Shown here: positions 14,099-27,439 of the stretch, piece by piece
How positions within the stretch are numbered: position 1 is the stretch's first letter
Layout of the letters: every line of letters begins with the position of its first letter
DNA from: Hemiscyllium ocellatum
Lineage: Eukaryota
Reading direction: 5' to 3'
Assembly: GCF_020745735.1 (NCBI RefSeq)
Contig: NC_083417.1
Location: 27,652,001 to 27,716,000, forward strand
Length of the DNA: 64,000 nt
The notes under the pieces: generated by a model
What the model was told of the DNA's origin: nothing
What the model saw: the letters and a program-made list of their open reading frames with translations, nothing else
The model's database searches: none
Position numbers and translations under genes: made by a program

Positions 14099-14997
14099 CT
14101 GAAAGAAATCAAAACATGATTGTCTGCGAAATGCAATATTGTTTTAATCAGTTCTTAAAAATCTTCCTGTAGTATCAACAACAATTTGTTGGATTTCTGC
14201 AGCAATTTTAAGACAGAAAACATTTTTTCCCTGCAAATTGACTATTTTCTTTATTTTTACAACTTGATACTTGTAGTTAATGCATGATAAAATTCAGTGA
14301 CGTCAGCTGTTGGGCAACTATATGCAATTTGGGCATCCATTGGACACACAGGATTATGGAGTGATCAAGGTCCCAGCTAAGTATTGGTGGGAGGGTTTGA
14401 TGGGATGGGATTCATGGAGTAGAGGGCATAGGTGGGTCAGTGACAACGGCAGTGGGTTGGTTTCGGTGGGCTCCCTTTAAAAATGCCATGATTGTTGATC
14501 AAACACTAAGTGCACTTGAAGGAGAGAGACCTGTACCCTAGGAGACAACAAGCAAGTGCATGTTGCATGACATAAGCCTAATTATTGCTGCATTAATACT
14601 AGTGGTGGCAGAACAAGATCCTTGAGTGGTAATTAATTGGCCACTCAAATACATCAATTGGCGCAGGACGGGAATGTCGACCACACACTTTCCTGTCCCT
14701 GCACTAAGTGCAACGGTGGCAGGCCCAATGAAATCCCTTCCCCACTTCCAATGCATCACTGGAGATGCATAAAAGATTCCACCTCATCCAGTGTTTCAGG
14801 TCAATTGCCTTTCTTCACTTGTTTACATTAAGCAAGTTGAGCAACTGATTGTTGAACAAGCTAATGGTTCTGAAGGAGTTAATATACATGTTACTTTAAG
14901 TTCTACTTAATCTGATGTCATACAGTCTTTGGGTAAAGGCAGTTGAATTCTGTACGAGTTCCTTACAGCAGAAGATATATCTCACACAGCTCCTAAC

Positions 14998-15250
14998 AGT
15001 CATAGTCATACAGCATGGAAACAGACCCTGCGGTCCAACTCATCAATGCTGACCATGTCCCCAAACTAAATTAGTTCGACTTGCCGGCATTTGACCTATA
15101 TTCCTCCAAACCTTTTCTATTCATCAACTTATCCAAATGTCTTTTAAACATTGTAAGTGTACCTGCATCCACCACTTCCTCTTGCAGGTCATTCCACACA
15201 TGGGTAACTCTCTAAAAGGTTGTCCCTTGTCCTTTTTAAATCTTTCACCT
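14998..15250 (-). mobile_element. CR1-like LINE 3' end fragment
   Basis: Same 3' tail sequence as the copies at 281-643 and 59320. Confidence 0.75.
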
Positions 15251-15741
15251 TAGAGTGACGATATGCTGGGCCATGAGATTGCAGATTGTGTTGATGTACA
15301 ATCCTGTTGTTGCTGATGCCCACAACACCTTATGGATGCCCAGTCTTGGCTAAATTGACTGAAGGGTCTGCTTCCTTGCTGTGTGACTCTTGTAGTCAGC
15401 CAGTTGCAGATGCAGCTTGTCCATTACAGTAACGATAAGAGTGACCACTGGTCCTTGTGGAGACCAAGTCCTGATTTCACATGGAGAATACACTCCATCA
15501 TGTCCTGAGTAATTATACCTAGCAAGTTAAGGCGAGTGCCTCTTTTGTTTAGATTCATCAGCTGACTATCCTCTACCACTGATAATTAAACAGGTTCAGC
15601 ATACTGAAAGAAGACGGTGATGGTGAATTACCCCAGACTAAAACACATATGGGGAAATGCACTGTGCTCAGTATTTCTGCATGATTAGATAAAGAAATGT
15701 CATAGAATCCCTAAAGAGTAGAAAGAGGCCATTTGGCAGAC

Positions 15742-16125
15742 CATCACCCAAGACTGGAATTGAATCCAGGTCCCTGTCACTGTGAGGCAGCAATGCTAAC
15801 CATTATGCTAGTCTGCTAACCGAGCAACTGTCTGTATGGAGTTCTCCCCATGTCTGTGTGGATTTCAGCCAGTGCTCTGGTTCTCTCCCATAGTCCAAAG
15901 ATGTGCAGGTTAGGTAGTTTTGTCATGCTACTTTTTAGTCTCATGTCCAAGGGTGTGTAGGCTATGTGGATTATAGAATCATAGGTGATAAATGTGGAGT
16001 TATGAGGATGAGGCCAGGGTGAGGGAGGAAAGGTCTGGATGGGTCTGGGTGAGATATTCTTCAGATGTGTGGTGCAGATTTTGTGGACGAAACGGCCTCT
16101 ATCTGCACTGTAGGCATTTTGTGAT
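15742..16125. mobile_element. two diverged V-SINE pieces: head fragment on minus, body on plus
   Basis: GGAATTGAATCCAGGTCCCTGTCACTGTGAGGCAGC (minus-strand head) followed by a degenerate plus-strand V core. Confidence 0.7.
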
Positions 16126-16812
16126 AGGTTCTGCCAATTAAACCAAGAAAATATACTCAAAACTGTTTCTCTGCTGTTAACTCACTGGGAAATAAAATCA
16201 CTTAGTGTTTCATATTGGCCCTGTCTTACCAAGTGTTGTCTCCGTCCATTTCTTGCGATGTTACATTGTAATACGTGTGGCAAACACATTATCTCTCCAG
16301 GTTCACTCATAAGTTACAGTCCCAAATACTGCTTTCATTTAGATATATCGGGAACACTGTGATTCAATCCTTAAAGGCAAGAAGCCCATGCTATTTAAAG
16401 GAATAACTGATATCACTAAATTTTATAATTTATTAACCACAAGTGTTAATTTGCAAAAATAAGGAACTGATCGTTTTGCATGAAAAATAAGAACCTAACA
16501 TATTGAAGTCACCTCCGTGTCTGCCCACCTCAATTTTTCTGCTTTTCTCATAAAAACCTCCTTACTCTCAACAGAGTTCCCCATTTCTCTGCTAGTAAAT
16601 TTGAGCAATCTATCAAGAAATATTTCACTCCATGAGCGACACAGTACATCACCAACTTACCCCATCATAGAATGGAATATTCAATTTTACAAGCTGCTTC
16701 ATTACTTAACCATGGTATAATAATGGTACAAAAATACAAAAGACAGATTTAACACAGCGCAATAATGAACCTCTTACCAGTAGTTTACTTGAAATAATAT
16801 AATTGTATATAC

Positions 16813-16939
16813 CTGATTCATTTGTTTTGAAATTAATTTGGCCACTTGCTCCTCTGGATGTATCAATCAAATGCCCAGTGGGTGCATTAACTGTGGCGGT
16901 TATAGCTCGGATATTCTGTAATCCCATCATCCACTGAAC
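16813..16939 (-). CDS. TMED6: TMED6 coding exon 2: GOLD domain
   Basis: ctactag acceptor, gtatat donor. VQWMMGLQNIRAITATVNAPTGHLIDTSRGASGQINFKTNES(G), similar to the recalled TMED6 LIDTSQGVRGQINF. 127 nt. Confidence 0.94.
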
Positions 16940-17825
16940 CTAGTAGGAATTAGATTTCAAACATATAAAAGACACAATACTGCACTGAGGTAATTCTGAT
17001 TGTGAAAAGCAGAAATCGTCAATAGTTATACATTAATACAGTAACTACGGATGGATCTGAATTGATTTTCAACCAATTTGCAAGTCAGTGCACCATAAAG
17101 GCCATTTGATGCTGAGCAGTGCCAGTATGATAATTTTTCAAAATGTGAAATAAGCAAAGTAATAAATGCATGGTCATTATTGCTTATCTAATAAAGAATA
17201 TGCATTCAAATCCCACCAAAGTAGATTGAAAATCTGAATTATATTTTTAAGAGTCTGGAAGTAAGAGGCTAGAATCACCAGAAGAGACCATAAATATCTT
17301 TGGCTTTGGAAAAAAAGAATCCCAGTGATTCACTCATATCCTTTTAGTGAAGGAAACCCCCAGTCTTTGTGGGATTTGATCTATATGATTCCAGTTCCTT
17401 TCCAATGTAACTGATTTGTAACTGGCCCTGAAAACCAGTCAGTTGTATCAAGCTGCAACTGTGAATAGCCAGAATGAAACTGGACAGAATGCAGTCTGAA
17501 TATGCTTGATTTCTTTATGATTCATTTGGTGGTTTCACTCTTGCTTCAAACCTTCCACTTAACTGGGGATAGTGTGAAGATGGTGTATGGTGTTGAATTC
17601 TCCAGTCCTTCAAGGCTACTGTACTCACTCAGGAATTGAGGTTTATTGTCATTCATCAGAATACTTGAAATGCTGCAATGACCAAAATGTGCTTTCAGGA
17701 ACTCCACAATCTCAAAAGTTACAGATGAAGTCACCTGATCTACCTCCCAGTATATAAAATAGTCCATGGTGTCAAGATGAAGAGTCCTTATGAGATTGAA
17801 ATGGGCTATCCCAGCCTCATCCATG

Positions 17826-18462
17826 TGTGATGAGATGTGTCTTTAAGAGGGACTTGTCTGTCCTGGTTCTCTTGAAGAGAGGTGTCATAAATCTGATGAA
17901 GAGATGTCTGCTCCATGGAAAGCAGAGTGAATAGCGTTAGCATTTTTAAAAATTAGACAAAAGAAACATGAGTGGGTGGGGTCAGGCTCTCACAGACCAA
18001 GGATTTAGTTTTACTTTCAGTTACTGAAGTTGGGAGTTTGGAGTTGAAGTTGCTAAATAAAGCTGTCTTTCTGCAGCTGCAAAAACGTGAGTTCTCTCCC
18101 TGCTGCTAGATTCATTCATTGCTTCGCCTGGAGTGGGGGAGATAGCAAGTGAGGAAAATCTGTTTTGCTGAATTTGCCTTTGCTAAAGGTGTATTTATGG
18201 GATGCTGCTATATTGGAACAGCAGCCGAGTAGTAATTAAAATGTATATTATCTTAAATACATTGATAGAAAAAAAACATAGCTTTCATTCAGTTAATATT
18301 TTAACTATAGTGCAAGAATAAAGTGTATTTTGCTTAAAGCCTAGTAGTTTGATTAATTGAATCAGATCTGGAACACAACACCCTATACTTGCCTTTAAAT
18401 GAGATAAAAGTTATGGTCGAGGCTATTTGGGGGGGGGGGGGGGGTTGGTCTGGTCTATAACA
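17826..18462 (+). mobile_element. solo LTR (637 bp) with 4-bp target-site duplication
   Basis: Starts TGTGATG and ends TATAACA, with an internal AATAAA near 18317. Flanked by CATG (17822-17825) and CATG (18463-18466). Removing it rejoins the integrase peptide PDRPW-MRLG. Confidence 0.85.
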
Positions 18463-18580
18463 CATGGTCTATCTGGGGTGTCATGTGCCATCAGAAACTC
18501 TTTAGTTTGTTTACCATGGTAGTTGTTAAACCTTGGTCCCTGATTTATTTGCTCATGTGCAGCTAATAAAGCACATTTTG

Positions 18581-19076
18581 ACCTCCTCGTGGGTCTGCTC
18601 CTGGGCCTAGCCAAACTGCCCATAAACAGGTCCAGGCAGTGGGCCGTGGAGGGGGTTGTTAGGGCTGACTGTCTGCCCCTCTTCTGCGGTTACGTTAGAG
18701 CCCAAGTGTCTCTGGAGAAGGAGTACACGGTGTCCACCGACACCCTGGAGTTGTTCAGGGAGAGGTGGGCGCCGCAGGGAGTGGAGTGCATTATTTCCCC
18801 CTCTAATTCTATTTTGATTTAATCCCTGCCCTCCCCTTCACTGTTTGATCACACAGCATTGCCCTTTGATATCAAGCTTGTCACTGGCCACTTGGGTGTT
18901 TCCTTTCTTCCTAGTGGTGGAAATTGAATAAAGATTTGTGCACCTGTGTCTTTCACAGAGTCTCACATCTGCACACACATAGCATGGGTGCTGGGGAAAA
19001 AAAAATAAGAAAACAAAAATAGAAAAAAAATTTTTAAAAATAAACAGGAGTGTCAGAGGTTCTGAAAAGAAAAAAA
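18581..19076 (+). mobile_element. 5'-truncated Tx1/L1-clade LINE with poly(A) tail and 13-bp TSD
   Basis: ORF2 C-terminus LLLGLAKLPINRSRQ...LELFRERWAPQGVEC and an A-rich tail. TSD AAAGCACATTTTG at 18568-18580 and 19077-19089. Confidence 0.85.
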
Positions 19077-19842
19077 AAAGCACATTTTGCCTTCCACAGA
19101 ATTGACTCAATTCCTTGATGGCTTGCACACTCCCATCTCACTGCGGATAATAACTCATTCCTTTGTACAAAATACCATCTTGTGCTTTCATCTCTGTATG
19201 CCAATATGCTGTTGCGACCACAGGAAAATCCTTGAAGATTTCAGATGATCCTCTCATCAGTACTTTTCCAAAACTTGAGGAGACTTGCTTGATTTGATTG
19301 AGACACTAATATGCTATATTTAATGTCTCTGTCAGGTTGATGACTTGCAGAGCATGTGGAGCTGCTGCTTTAAAGTGGATCTGGAAAATTTCATATTCTG
19401 TCGTAGCAGCTTATAGTTTCTTCATAGGGAGTGTTGTACTTGACAGCATTTCAGTGAAGTCCATCTGTTTCCCTTATTTGTATTTCATATCGTGAAGGTA
19501 CCTCTGTATCTGGAATAACATTCTCTGCAAATAATTTGGAGCAATTAATAAAGATTTGAAAAAAATGCTTGGAAGTAGCTTGCGGTCAAACTTGACTATA
19601 TCTCTGCCAAGCAGATATTACTGAAAATGATCACAAGCAAATACAACAGTCAGTTAGTCTTTCTCCATCTGAGGGTAATGTTGTTCTTTTGGGTTGAATG
19701 TGGAGGATGCAAATGTGATTAGTTGTCCTTGTTCAGTAGGATGGCTCCAAATCCTGTCTTGCTAGTACCACAATGCGGGATGACTTAATATTTACGTCAT
19801 AGTATTTTATTACTTGAATGGCCATGACTAGTTGCTTGATTT

Positions 19843-22800
19843 TCTTTTATTGAAAAGATTTTTATTCTTTATGAAATTGTAAAATTACAAAAAATATAAT
19901 GAATATAACAATTACAATAAACAACTACTTTACAAACAAAATTTTAAAAAAAAACTACCCATACTATATTTGAATAAATAATTGAACAAATTAATTAATT
20001 AAATTACTCCACTCGCGCAACACCCCCAAAGCTCCCCATTACGGGAAGTATCAATTACCATACCTGTACTTATTTGGGATTCTTCCTCTCATGGCGCATG
20101 GCTCATCAGACCCAGGTCTCATGGCTAAACAAAGGCCCTAATTAAAATGGCTGACAAATCTGCTTCTAGATAGTGCAGAAAGGGCCACCACATCTTGTAG
20201 AAAGATTCTGTTTTCTGGTGCACCATACTTGTAAGGAAGTCTAGGGGGATGTATTCCTTAACTAATCTATACCATCCTGACAGGCCCAGAGGGCTCTCCA
20301 AGACCCAACTCATGAAAATGTTCTTCCTTGCACAATACGTAAGAGTATTAAACAGCTTTATCCCATTCTCATCTCACAAAGGCAAATTTGGCAGGCACAG
20401 GAGAAGAGACATCGGATCTACTTTGACCTCAGTTCCCAGGACCCCCTCTATGACACTTGCTACAGTGCCCCAATACTTGCAAAGCTTGTGTCAGGACCAC
20501 AAACAATGGGTAAGAGTGCCAATACCTATTTTGCATGTGGGGCATAATGGAGATGCTCCCTTTTTGAATTTTGCAAGCTGCTCTGGGGCAAGATAAACCC
20601 TATGAAAGACCTTCAACTGCATAACATGTCCTGTTGCAGATTGAGATCTTTCCCACATTCTCCCAAATGTCCTCCCATATCTCTGACGAAATCTCCACTC
20701 CCAACTCTTGCTCCCAGACCCCATGAAGCCACTCAATATCTTCCAAGGTGCCACCTCCAGTAAATGGTAAAGGGTGCTAATCGGGGAGTACCTGTAGTCC
20801 AAAGCACTCTCCTCTCTATGTCAGACCTGTTAGGATCAATCAGAAATGTAGTCTGTTTCTGGATAAAGTCCTTAACCTGAAGGTAATGAAAGAGGTCCCT
20901 GCTGGGCAATTCGTACTTGCAACTCAACTGATAGAAGGACATCATGACCTCCCCCTTAAATAAGTCTGTCTCTCCTGGACGCCCATAATGTAAAATCAGA
21001 GTCCATCAACCCTGGCCAAAATCCTGGCAAATAGGAGTGAGAAAGGAGGGTTGAGATAAACTGCCCTTGCTTTGTCGCCATCGTTCTTCATGCTTTAATC
21101 ATATTGATGACAATTGGGTTCTGACAATACTCTGTGACTGTCCTCATCTTATCCATGAATAACAGATTAATAAGGGGACACTCCACCTGGGAGCGCTCTA
21201 TATCCAGCCATATTGACTCAGGTTCTCACAAGCCCCATCATTCACAAAGAATAGTAGGGAGCTTATTTGACACCTCTTAATATCTGGAAAGTCTACACCA
21301 CACATTCCCCCCCCCCACCAACAATTCCCTGGGGAAGCTGCAATTTGGCAAACCTAATGAGAGGTTGCATGTGATACCAAATGTGAGTCTCTGCAATGTT
21401 TGCCTAGGCAAAATTAGAAGGAGCATTTGCATGGATATAATAAGTGAGGAAGAACATTCATTTTAATAAGAGCTATTTGGCCTAGCCAACGCTAAAGATG
21501 CTACCTTATCGAACAAGTGCACAAAGTTAGCCTTTACTGGTCAAAGGCGGGATTAATGAAAATGCCTAGTTACATGAAACGTGCCTGTAAAGACCTAAAA
21601 GAGAGTTGGATTTCACCTTCGAGATCAGGTATTCTCCCAACATACCACATGGGCATAGCATCCGACTTCATAAAATTAATTTTACATCCTGAGAAAGAGC
21701 CAAATAAATTGATACTTGGTACAAATGAGGCACAGACACTGCCGGGTTTGATAGGAAAGGTAGATCATCTGCACAGAGTGTGATCTTATGCGTCCTTGAA
21801 CTCACCTCCAGGACAATTATAGAGGGGTCGCTCTGGATAGCCTCTGCCATAGGCTCAATCACCAGCATGAACAGCAGCGGTGAGGGGGGGACAACCTTGT
21901 TGGTTATCACTACCGATACTAAAATTATGAGACTATATGCCATTAGTAAGGACCGTTGTCATAGGATCACTATACAGCACTTCTACCCATCTGGTAGAGA
22001 CCCCACGGAGACCAAACTGCTCCAGAACATAAAAATATGGCCACTCCACCTGGTCAAACACATTCTCCGCATCAAGGGAGTCTACCAAGCCTGAAATCGA
22101 CCTCTGTTGACACACCTGGACCATATTCAATAATCTTCTAATGTTATTAGATGACCTTCAGCCCTTAATAAAACCTGTCTGGTCTTCCTTTACAATAGAG
22201 GGCAATACCTTCTCTAATCCCAACATGTGTCTTACATAACATTTTAAAATTCCAGCTTAGCAGCGAAATGGGCCTATACGAAGCACAGTCCTCTGGGGCC
22301 TTTCATCTTGAGGATGGGAGAAATATTAGCTTCTCTCAAAGACAGCAGGAGACAGTCCTGACTGTGCAAATAATTGTACATGTCCAGCATTGGCCTAGCC
22401 AACATTTTCATACATTCCTTCGAAAACTCACTCGGAAGGCCATCTGCCTTACTACTTTGGAGCTGCCTTACCACCTCTTGTATATCTTGCACTGTCAAGG
22501 GAGCATTCAAAAGGGATGTCTGCTCCGAAATCTCACCTGGCAGGTCCAGGTTCTTAAGGATTCCATCTTCAACAACCTGTCCTCCCAGCCCTCTGACCGA
22601 TACAGCGCAGAGTAAAATTTCCAAAAAGCCATATTAATCTTTTTGAAATCACAACTAAGAGTCCCAGTGCCCTCTCTGATAAATGTGATAGATTGGGGGG
22701 GGGGGGGGGGGGGGGGGGTGTGAGCCCTCTTTTTCCTAGCCAAATATGCCAAGTATTTACCTAGCCTATCCCCATACTCAAATAATCTTTGTTTCACTAA

Positions 22801-25420
22801 AGAATCTCTCTCTTTGCTGTTTGAGTAAGCGCGGAATTCAGAGCAGCCCAGTGAGCTGTGATTCGCTGTAATTTAATCACGGATGGCCTATCAAAGTATA
22901 CAATCTCGGCTGTCTTCAGCCAGGTCTTAAGCAGACGTTGCTGTTCTCCCCTTTGTCGTTTATGACTTGCTGAGTAAGAGATGATTATACCCCTTGCATA
23001 GGCCTTGGCAGTCTCCCAAAGATCAGACGGGTTACTGACTGTGCCCAAGTTGATACCCAAAAACACTTTAAACTCCCTCAAGAAGTATTTGATAAATTTA
23101 CTATCCTTAAGGAGAAAGGGATCCATGCTCTAATGACATGAACTTATCCCATTGCCACTTGCCTTAACCTCCAAATGGCTACCTTCCCAATTTTACAGAA
23201 CAGCACTGAATCCAAAAAAGCCAATGGAGCAAGAAACAAATCAATCCACTTGTGTGGATTGGAGAAAAACGTGAAATCCATACCCACTGGGTGAAAACAT
23301 CTCCATACATCCACCAATCCCAACTCCACACGTAAGTCCACCAATTGTTTAGATTGTGGAGAGGTGCCCTGAGAACCCCTGGGCATCCTACCCATTGTGG
23401 GATCCATGAGGCAATTAAAGTCTCCTCTAATAATAGTAAGGCACATTTTAAGGGTAATCAACCTAGAAAGCACATCCGTCAAAAATTTAATGGGGTGTGC
23501 CAGGGGACAGTAGACATTCAAATACTGTATTCATCAACATGTATTAAAGCTTCGAGAATCACAAACCACCCATATTCATCCTTAATCTGATCTCCCCATC
23601 CTTAATTTGATCACCAACCTGACCTCACAGCCCTCTGACCGATACAGCACGGAGTAAAATTTCCAAAAAAGCCATATTAATCTTTTGAAGTCGCAACTAA
23701 GAGTCCCAGTGCCCTCTCTGATAGATGTGATAGATTTGGGGGGGGGGGGAGCCCTCTGGAATGGGAGATTCTTCTGAATGAGTATAGTCATTCTCCTGCT
23801 TTTAGTGTTGAATGATGAACACCCTGTCAGAACCGAACCTGCTGCAACTTTAGATGCTCTTTGTCATCAAGGTGGGTTTTTTTGTAATAGAGTGACATCA
23901 GCATTCCCCTTTCTAAGACTTGAAAGTACTTTCTTTCTCTCAATTGGTGAGTGACTTCCCTTAATATTCTAGGTGCACCATTTGAAATAACAACTAGCCA
24001 GAGTCATCTAAACAACCCATGAACCCCCGAGAGGAAGAACTCTACTCATGACGTGCCGAGTGGAGACAATTTAAAGACTCGTGGAGCCTGAAGAACACAT
24101 TTACAAAAACTACTAAAAACAAAAACACTTTTAAAAACTAGTTACAATAAACCAATACAGCAAGAAACAAATCAATCCACTTGTGTAGATTATCCTTTGC
24201 CCATAGGGAGCGCTCACATTACCCACAAACATGGCTCCTTCTAACTGAAGCCCGCCCCAAACTCAGGCAAAACTAAAAGTAAAGAATACCTAACTCTTAC
24301 AAGCATAAAAATTAAAAATGGGCATTTCACCCATCCCACCCAAACATCGACCTCCATTATTGCTGGAAAAAACCCACAAAGTTCTGACAACGCTTCCCAA
24401 AGACCAGTAAAGTGAAAAAGGGAAGAGAGGAGGAGGGAAAAAACAAAGGGACAAAACAATGAAAGAAACAACAAAAAAAACCCCATTATTGTCCATATTG
24501 CTTGAGCCAGTCAGTTTATTTTGAAGTGTCCAAAAAGTTCGAGTCAAAGACATACACAGACCATCGTGGATGAAATGAAGCACTGCCGGGTACCTTAGAG
24601 ATTATTGGATATCCAGATCCCTAATCTCTTCTTTACCTCAAAGAAGGTCTTCCTCTTATGGATCACGGCCGCAGAAAAGTCCTGCAAAAAACATAACCTT
24701 CTATCCTTTATAGATCAGGGCATGTGCACTCGGACCAGGCAGGGACGCTGGTCTGACTTGGGCCTGCACACTGAGACCTGGTGAACTCAAATTGACCCAC
24801 ACCTGGCCCACCTTGGCTTTCCATCCCAGAAAATGCAGCAGCCATTACTCAAAAAAGCTGGCTGACTGATCCCCTTCTCAAGGTCGACGACCTTCTCTAT
24901 TAAGGCCTGCACCAGCTTTTCCAAAGCCTGGATTCGTCCTGCAAAAGATTTGGCTGTGGTCTCTGATGCCACAGTCTGCCATTCGACCTCTTCCACATGC
25001 TGCTTGAGACACTGCATCTCCTGCTCATGCTTTTGCAGCATGGCCAAGATTGGTACCAGCCTGGCCCAAGTCTCTTCCATTATTGATTCGATTTTTTCTC
25101 GGAGCTTAACAAATTCCAAAGATAGGCCTTGCTGAGTAAGTAAGTCCAATGGGGTTTCCATGGAGGCCGATGCTGTGGCCGCAGGTACATCCATCACTGC
25201 AGGGGAGTGCCCTACCTGTTGTGATCCATGCTGCCCTTTGCCTTTAGTCATCTTCGCAATTCACAAAAAAAGATATATAGTGATTCTAGTAACTTAAAAC
25301 TACCAACTTTTCACAAAATATCTAAAATATGGAGGGGGGGGGGGAAGCACCATTTTGCCTGAGTTATGGTGCAGAGCTCAGCAAGTCAGACTTGTTAGAC
25401 TTCGCCATCTTGAATCCCCC
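19843..25420 (-). mobile_element. near full-length decayed L1-like LINE (about 5.6 kb; 5' UTR, ORF1, spacer, ORF2 EN-RT-Cys, poly(A))
   Basis: 5' end GGGGGATTCAAGATGGCG. ORF1 starts at 25251 (MTKGKG..., C-terminal QDFS...LRYPA). ORF2 remnants at about 24000-20125 (NVYCP, GDFN, SLDAENVFDQVEW, SPLLF, ADD, CPTC...HCLWS). TSD CTAGTTGCTT(G/T)ATTT at 19828-19842 and 25421-25435. Confidence 0.92.
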
Positions 25421-26929
25421 CTAGTTGCTTTATTTCAATGAATGCTGTTTCTTGTTCCATGTCCCAATGACATTGGCAGTGGGTTAGCATAATGGTTTAC
25501 ACTCTGGTAACAATTCAAGCAAGATTGTTGTCAAATTGTCAATTAATCCAAAAAATCAGTGCACTAATTTTATATCTGATGTTCACTAGATTACTGCTAC
25601 AACTCTCACCTTTGCAACAGTTGGGTGAAGACATTTTGCTATCAATACATGACCTATGTACTTCACTTCAGGCATCTTTCATGGCACTTTTTTCTCCTTC
25701 AACTTCATGTACATCTGAAAAGTTCACTCTAATAGTTGTCCTATAATTTTTGTGTGTGTCATGGTCAGCAATAACTTCATCCATTGTATCTCTGCATCTA
25801 TACGCTAACAAGCTATCTACTCTAGGTTCTAGGAATATCGTTCAAATCTTTTATGGTCTGCATTGACTCCGCTGGAGCCATGGAAATGCCAAGGACATTC
25901 ACACTTGCCAATGTCTCTCAAACTGCATCCAGAATGTAGTCAATCATCATCCAGTGCATCTAGGGTAGTAAAAACTTTTGCCTTTGCAAAATTATGTTAA
26001 AATCTCTGAGATGATTGGCATGCAATAGTGAGATCTATTCAGGAGTTATTCAGATCCTTTGGGTCGGTGCATATTTTCCAGGTTGTTTTACTGCTACCAT
26101 GCTGATAATCCAGTTCATAGAAGTTATCACTTTATTAGTTAAACACTTCTTTACCAATTCTTCTGTTTCTCTTTCAGTCTAGCCTCGAGGATAACTAGAA
26201 TTTACCTTAGCAGACATTCGAGATTATATTTTCCAGGAAGACATCTTAAACCTGTAAACACAGTGTTGTGCTCCTCTAGAATATGTTTCATAAACAATGG
26301 TTTGTGTTTTGCAATATGTTACAAATTTATTCTGGTACTTAATGGATACCAGTTTTAGTATTGCTCAGGCTAAGGTGAGTGGTTTTTATTTACCATCTAG
26401 GATTTAGAACTCCACTGCAATTGGCTATCAGTGAAATCTGTTTCTCAGAGTATAATGTTATCATATAGCCTCAGCCTTACTGTTGCAGACTTCTTTTTTG
26501 GATCACGATGTTGAACTATAACACATGATGTTATATGATGCACAGGTGTATACCTAACACTGTTGACTTGATGCTTTTTTTCTGCAGTCATCATTCCAAA
26601 AGTCATAAATCATTTATTCCTTCTTATATGTTTTGATCCAACCTGCTGTAAGGTCTAGTGTGAACTGTCGATTTGCCGATATCTCCCCAGTGGCAATCTG
26701 TACCTACTCATTGTGTACAAAAATTAATCACAATTTGCCCTTTGTCCATGATCATTCTGCCTTTTTGTCCTGGGATATCTATTGGGATACCGTATGGCCT
26801 GGTCCGTTCTGGTGTAAATATGCTCAAGTTGCTGATTTAGAAGCTCAATGTTTCTGCATAAGTCAATTACTTTTCTGTGATGATGTTTCGACGTTTAGTA
26901 GACGTGCTGTCATGGTAGCATCTCTCCTA

Positions 26930-27415
26930 CCTAACACAATCCTGCCTTGAATTCAATCTATTATTTGTACTAATTTGCAGTACTCAACTACCATTCACGG
27001 CAGAGTGTTCCAGACCCAAACCACCCTCTGGGTGAAAAGATTTTTCCAGAGATCCCCTCTAAATCTCCTGCCTTCTGCTTTAAAACTATGCATCATGTTG
27101 TTGACCCTTTAACTAAGGGAAACAGCTGCTTTCTATTCACTTTGTCTATGTCTCAGTTTTAAACACCTCTAACAGGAGCGTCTTCAATCTTCTCTGCTCC
27201 AAAAAAACAACCAGCCAGCTTCTCTTCACAGATGAAATGCTCCATCCCAGGCAATATTCTGGCTAATTGCCTTTGTACCTGCTCCAATGCAATCACATCC
27301 ATCCTATAGTGTGGTGACCAGAACTGCACTCAGAACACCAGCTATAGCCTAACCACAGTTCTGTACAGCTCCAACATGACCTCCCAGCTCTTATAAGCTC
27401 AGCCATGACTGATGT
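26930..27415 (-). mobile_element. CR1-like LINE 3' fragment
   Basis: Minus-strand remnant ELYRTVVRL.LVF.VQFWSPHYRMDV. Confidence 0.75.
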
Positions 27416-27439
27416 AAGGATATTTCATGAATGAATTTT

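Larger units (their letters stand above)
17500..26930 (-). mobile_element. decayed Gypsy/Ty3-type LTR retrotransposon internal region (gag-RT-RNaseH-integrase), split by three younger insertions
   Basis: Integrase core remnant (DY..YWEVD...LKAHF...NDNKPQF) at 17546-17824. Integrase Zn-binding region (SHQGIES, KQTKEFLMAHDTPDRPW) at 18463-19240. RNase H remnant at 19480-19840 and RT remnant (KVFTTLDA) at 25440-26000. The order RT-RH-INT is Gypsy-like. Confidence 0.8.
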
